From positions 1 through 19,933 of IMG/VR virus record IMGVR_UViG_651324002_000003: 19,933 bases of DNA. One strand, given 5' to 3'. A model generated the notes under the pieces. The model searched no databases. It saw nothing but the letters and a program-made list of their open reading frames with translations, and was not told the origin of the DNA. The translations under genes were made by a program, and so were the position numbers. Shown piece by piece: positions 18,760 to 19,933 of the stretch; position 1 is the first letter of the stretch, and each line of letters starts with the position of its first letter. This stretch comes from a virus. Taxonomy: Duplodnaviria > Heunggongvirae > Uroviricota > Caudoviricetes.

Positions 18760-19812
18760 TTACCGACCAAATCCATTCAGGTATTCCGCATAGTTCACGT
18801 TCGGGATATCATTGAAACCAGTAATCGCCGTCGGGTTTCTGCCATTACCTGCCGACGGCGTATTTAACTGTGCTTGAGATTGCATGTTAGCCGACACCTG
18901 TCCTTTTCTTTGGAACCCCATCAATAACGCTATTTCATCAGGTTTCAATCCGTATTTTCTGGCCAAAAGACCAATCTGCCCTTTTACCTGATCCGCCGTG
19001 ATAGTATTTTCGCCAATCTGCTGTTGCAGTTCTTTCCCCTTGTCTGCAATGGCGTTCATTTGATCCACGTCCAGGCCGCCAAGCGTTTCGGGTGAGTTGT
19101 CGTTTCCTCTGCTGCCAGCACTTCGTATTGACGCCAACGCCCGCTGCTGATTGGCCGCCCACTGGCCCTGGTCGCTTACTTGGCGCTCTTTTCCAACAGG
19201 AACCCGCAACCCGGACATTTCGTCGATCATGTAATCCTGCGCGTATTGAATCCCATCTTTTGACCTATTCTCGGTAGTGAACTTTTTGTTTCCAAGAGCC
19301 TGCTGCCGATAATATTGATTGGCGGCATTAAACATGTTTTCATCGAAATTCGTGCCACCGCCGCCCAATACGAAATTTCTTGCCTTGACGGCGGCCGCCG
19401 CAGGGTCAAGGTTCTGAGCAACGTATCTCCTGGCGGCATCTTCAATAGCCACATTCTTGTTCCAGTTGCTTTGGGCATCACCACTCAGGGTATTTTCTTC
19501 AATCTGGCTTGAATCAATGCCATATTGGCGAAGTTGAGTCCTCAGCGCATTGGCCTCATCGTTTAATCGACGCTGAGTATCGTAGCCGCCCATAGCCGAC
19601 GACGGTGAAATCTCAGATTCTTTCTTCCGTTGCTGAATCTGCCCGTAAAGATCCACTATCTTATTCCGGGCATCTTGCTCTTTTTGCTGCCTGTCAGCAA
19701 CCATCTGCTGATAAGCAAGATCATTCATTTTAGCCGAATACCCCTGGGTTAATCCCTGACCCAGGGCATTGGATACATTTTCAACATTGGGATTACCCCG
19801 TAAGACAATCAA
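18760..19812 (-). CDS. 350-aa hypothetical protein, probable internal virion/ejection protein
   Basis: TTG start 8 nt after AAAGGAGG. It has a Gly/Ala N-terminal segment (VSNALGQGLTQGY), Q/A/N-rich helical composition and no Cys, and lies directly upstream of the giant gene. Confidence 0.65.
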   Translation of the reverse strand: MIVLRGNPNVENVSNALGQGLTQGYSAKMNDLAYQQMVADRQQKEQDARNKIVDLYGQIQQRKKESEISPSSAMGGYDTQRRLNDEANALRTQLRQYGIDSSQIEENTLSGDAQSNWNKNVAIEDAARRYVAQNLDPAAAAVKARNFVLGGGGTNFDENMFNAANQYYRQQALGNKKFTTENRSKDGIQYAQDYMIDEMSGLRVPVGKERQVSDQGQWAANQQRALASIRSAGSRGNDNSPETLGGLDVDQMNAIADKGKELQQQIGENTITADQVKGQIGLLARKYGLKPDEIALLMGFQRKGQVSANMQSQAQLNTPSAGNGRNPTAITGFNDIPNVNYAEYLNGFGR

Positions 19813-19927
19813 TTTTACATCCTCCTTTCGGATTGTAAAGAATACGCATTACCGCGCCACACAAAGGAATTCCCTTTTTTGCCGCAGAAATAAATTCCAT
19901 AGAATATTTTGCTCGGAGGTATGCCAT

Positions 19928-19933
19928 ATGCGG
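19928..19933 (+). CDS. Start of a divergent gene truncated by the window edge
   Basis: GGAGGT at 19915-19920, 7 nt before ATG CGG. Only two codons are visible. Confidence 0.4.

Larger units (their letters stand above)
1505..19933 (-). mobile_element. Prophage (late/lysis end) integrated in tRNA-Thr(CGT), extending beyond the window
   Basis: A duplicated tRNA 3' end forms the boundary. Holin, amidase endolysin, giant polyvalent protein and ejection-like protein are co-oriented on the - strand. No integrase is in the window; it is expected at the other end. Confidence 0.9.

Overview
Bases 1-1504 look like host chromosome: an exported protein and an orphan OmpR-family response regulator, converging on a strong hairpin. 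A 48-bp 3' fragment of tRNA-Thr(CGT) at 1505-1552 (- strand) marks the att junction of a prophage that fills the rest of the window. Read on the - strand from the right, the prophage carries a 350-aa probable ejection protein, then a ~4,450-aa polyvalent, probably virion-injected protein. That protein has GGDEF-like, Strawberry-notch-type SF2 helicase, N6-adenine MTase, HExxH metallopeptidase, LPD3-like, ART-like and LPD38-like regions. Next come a lysis region (holin, Amidase_3 endolysin, 64-aa membrane protein, stand-alone NrdD-type glycyl-radical domain, candidate non-canonical spanin) and an AT-rich GNAT toxin/small antitoxin moron beside att. The most striking unexplained structure is two, possibly three, small genes nested in the +1 frame inside the giant gene. 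Each has a Shine-Dalgarno site, and each lies in a stretch where the giant protein becomes a low-complexity linker beside an enzymatic domain. Also notable are a one-base frame break at the true 5' end of the giant gene and an exact 23-bp direct repeat 11.6 kb apart. A Negativicutes-like (diderm Firmicute) host and podovirus-like morphology are inferences. All family assignments come from motif recognition by eye; no database search was run.
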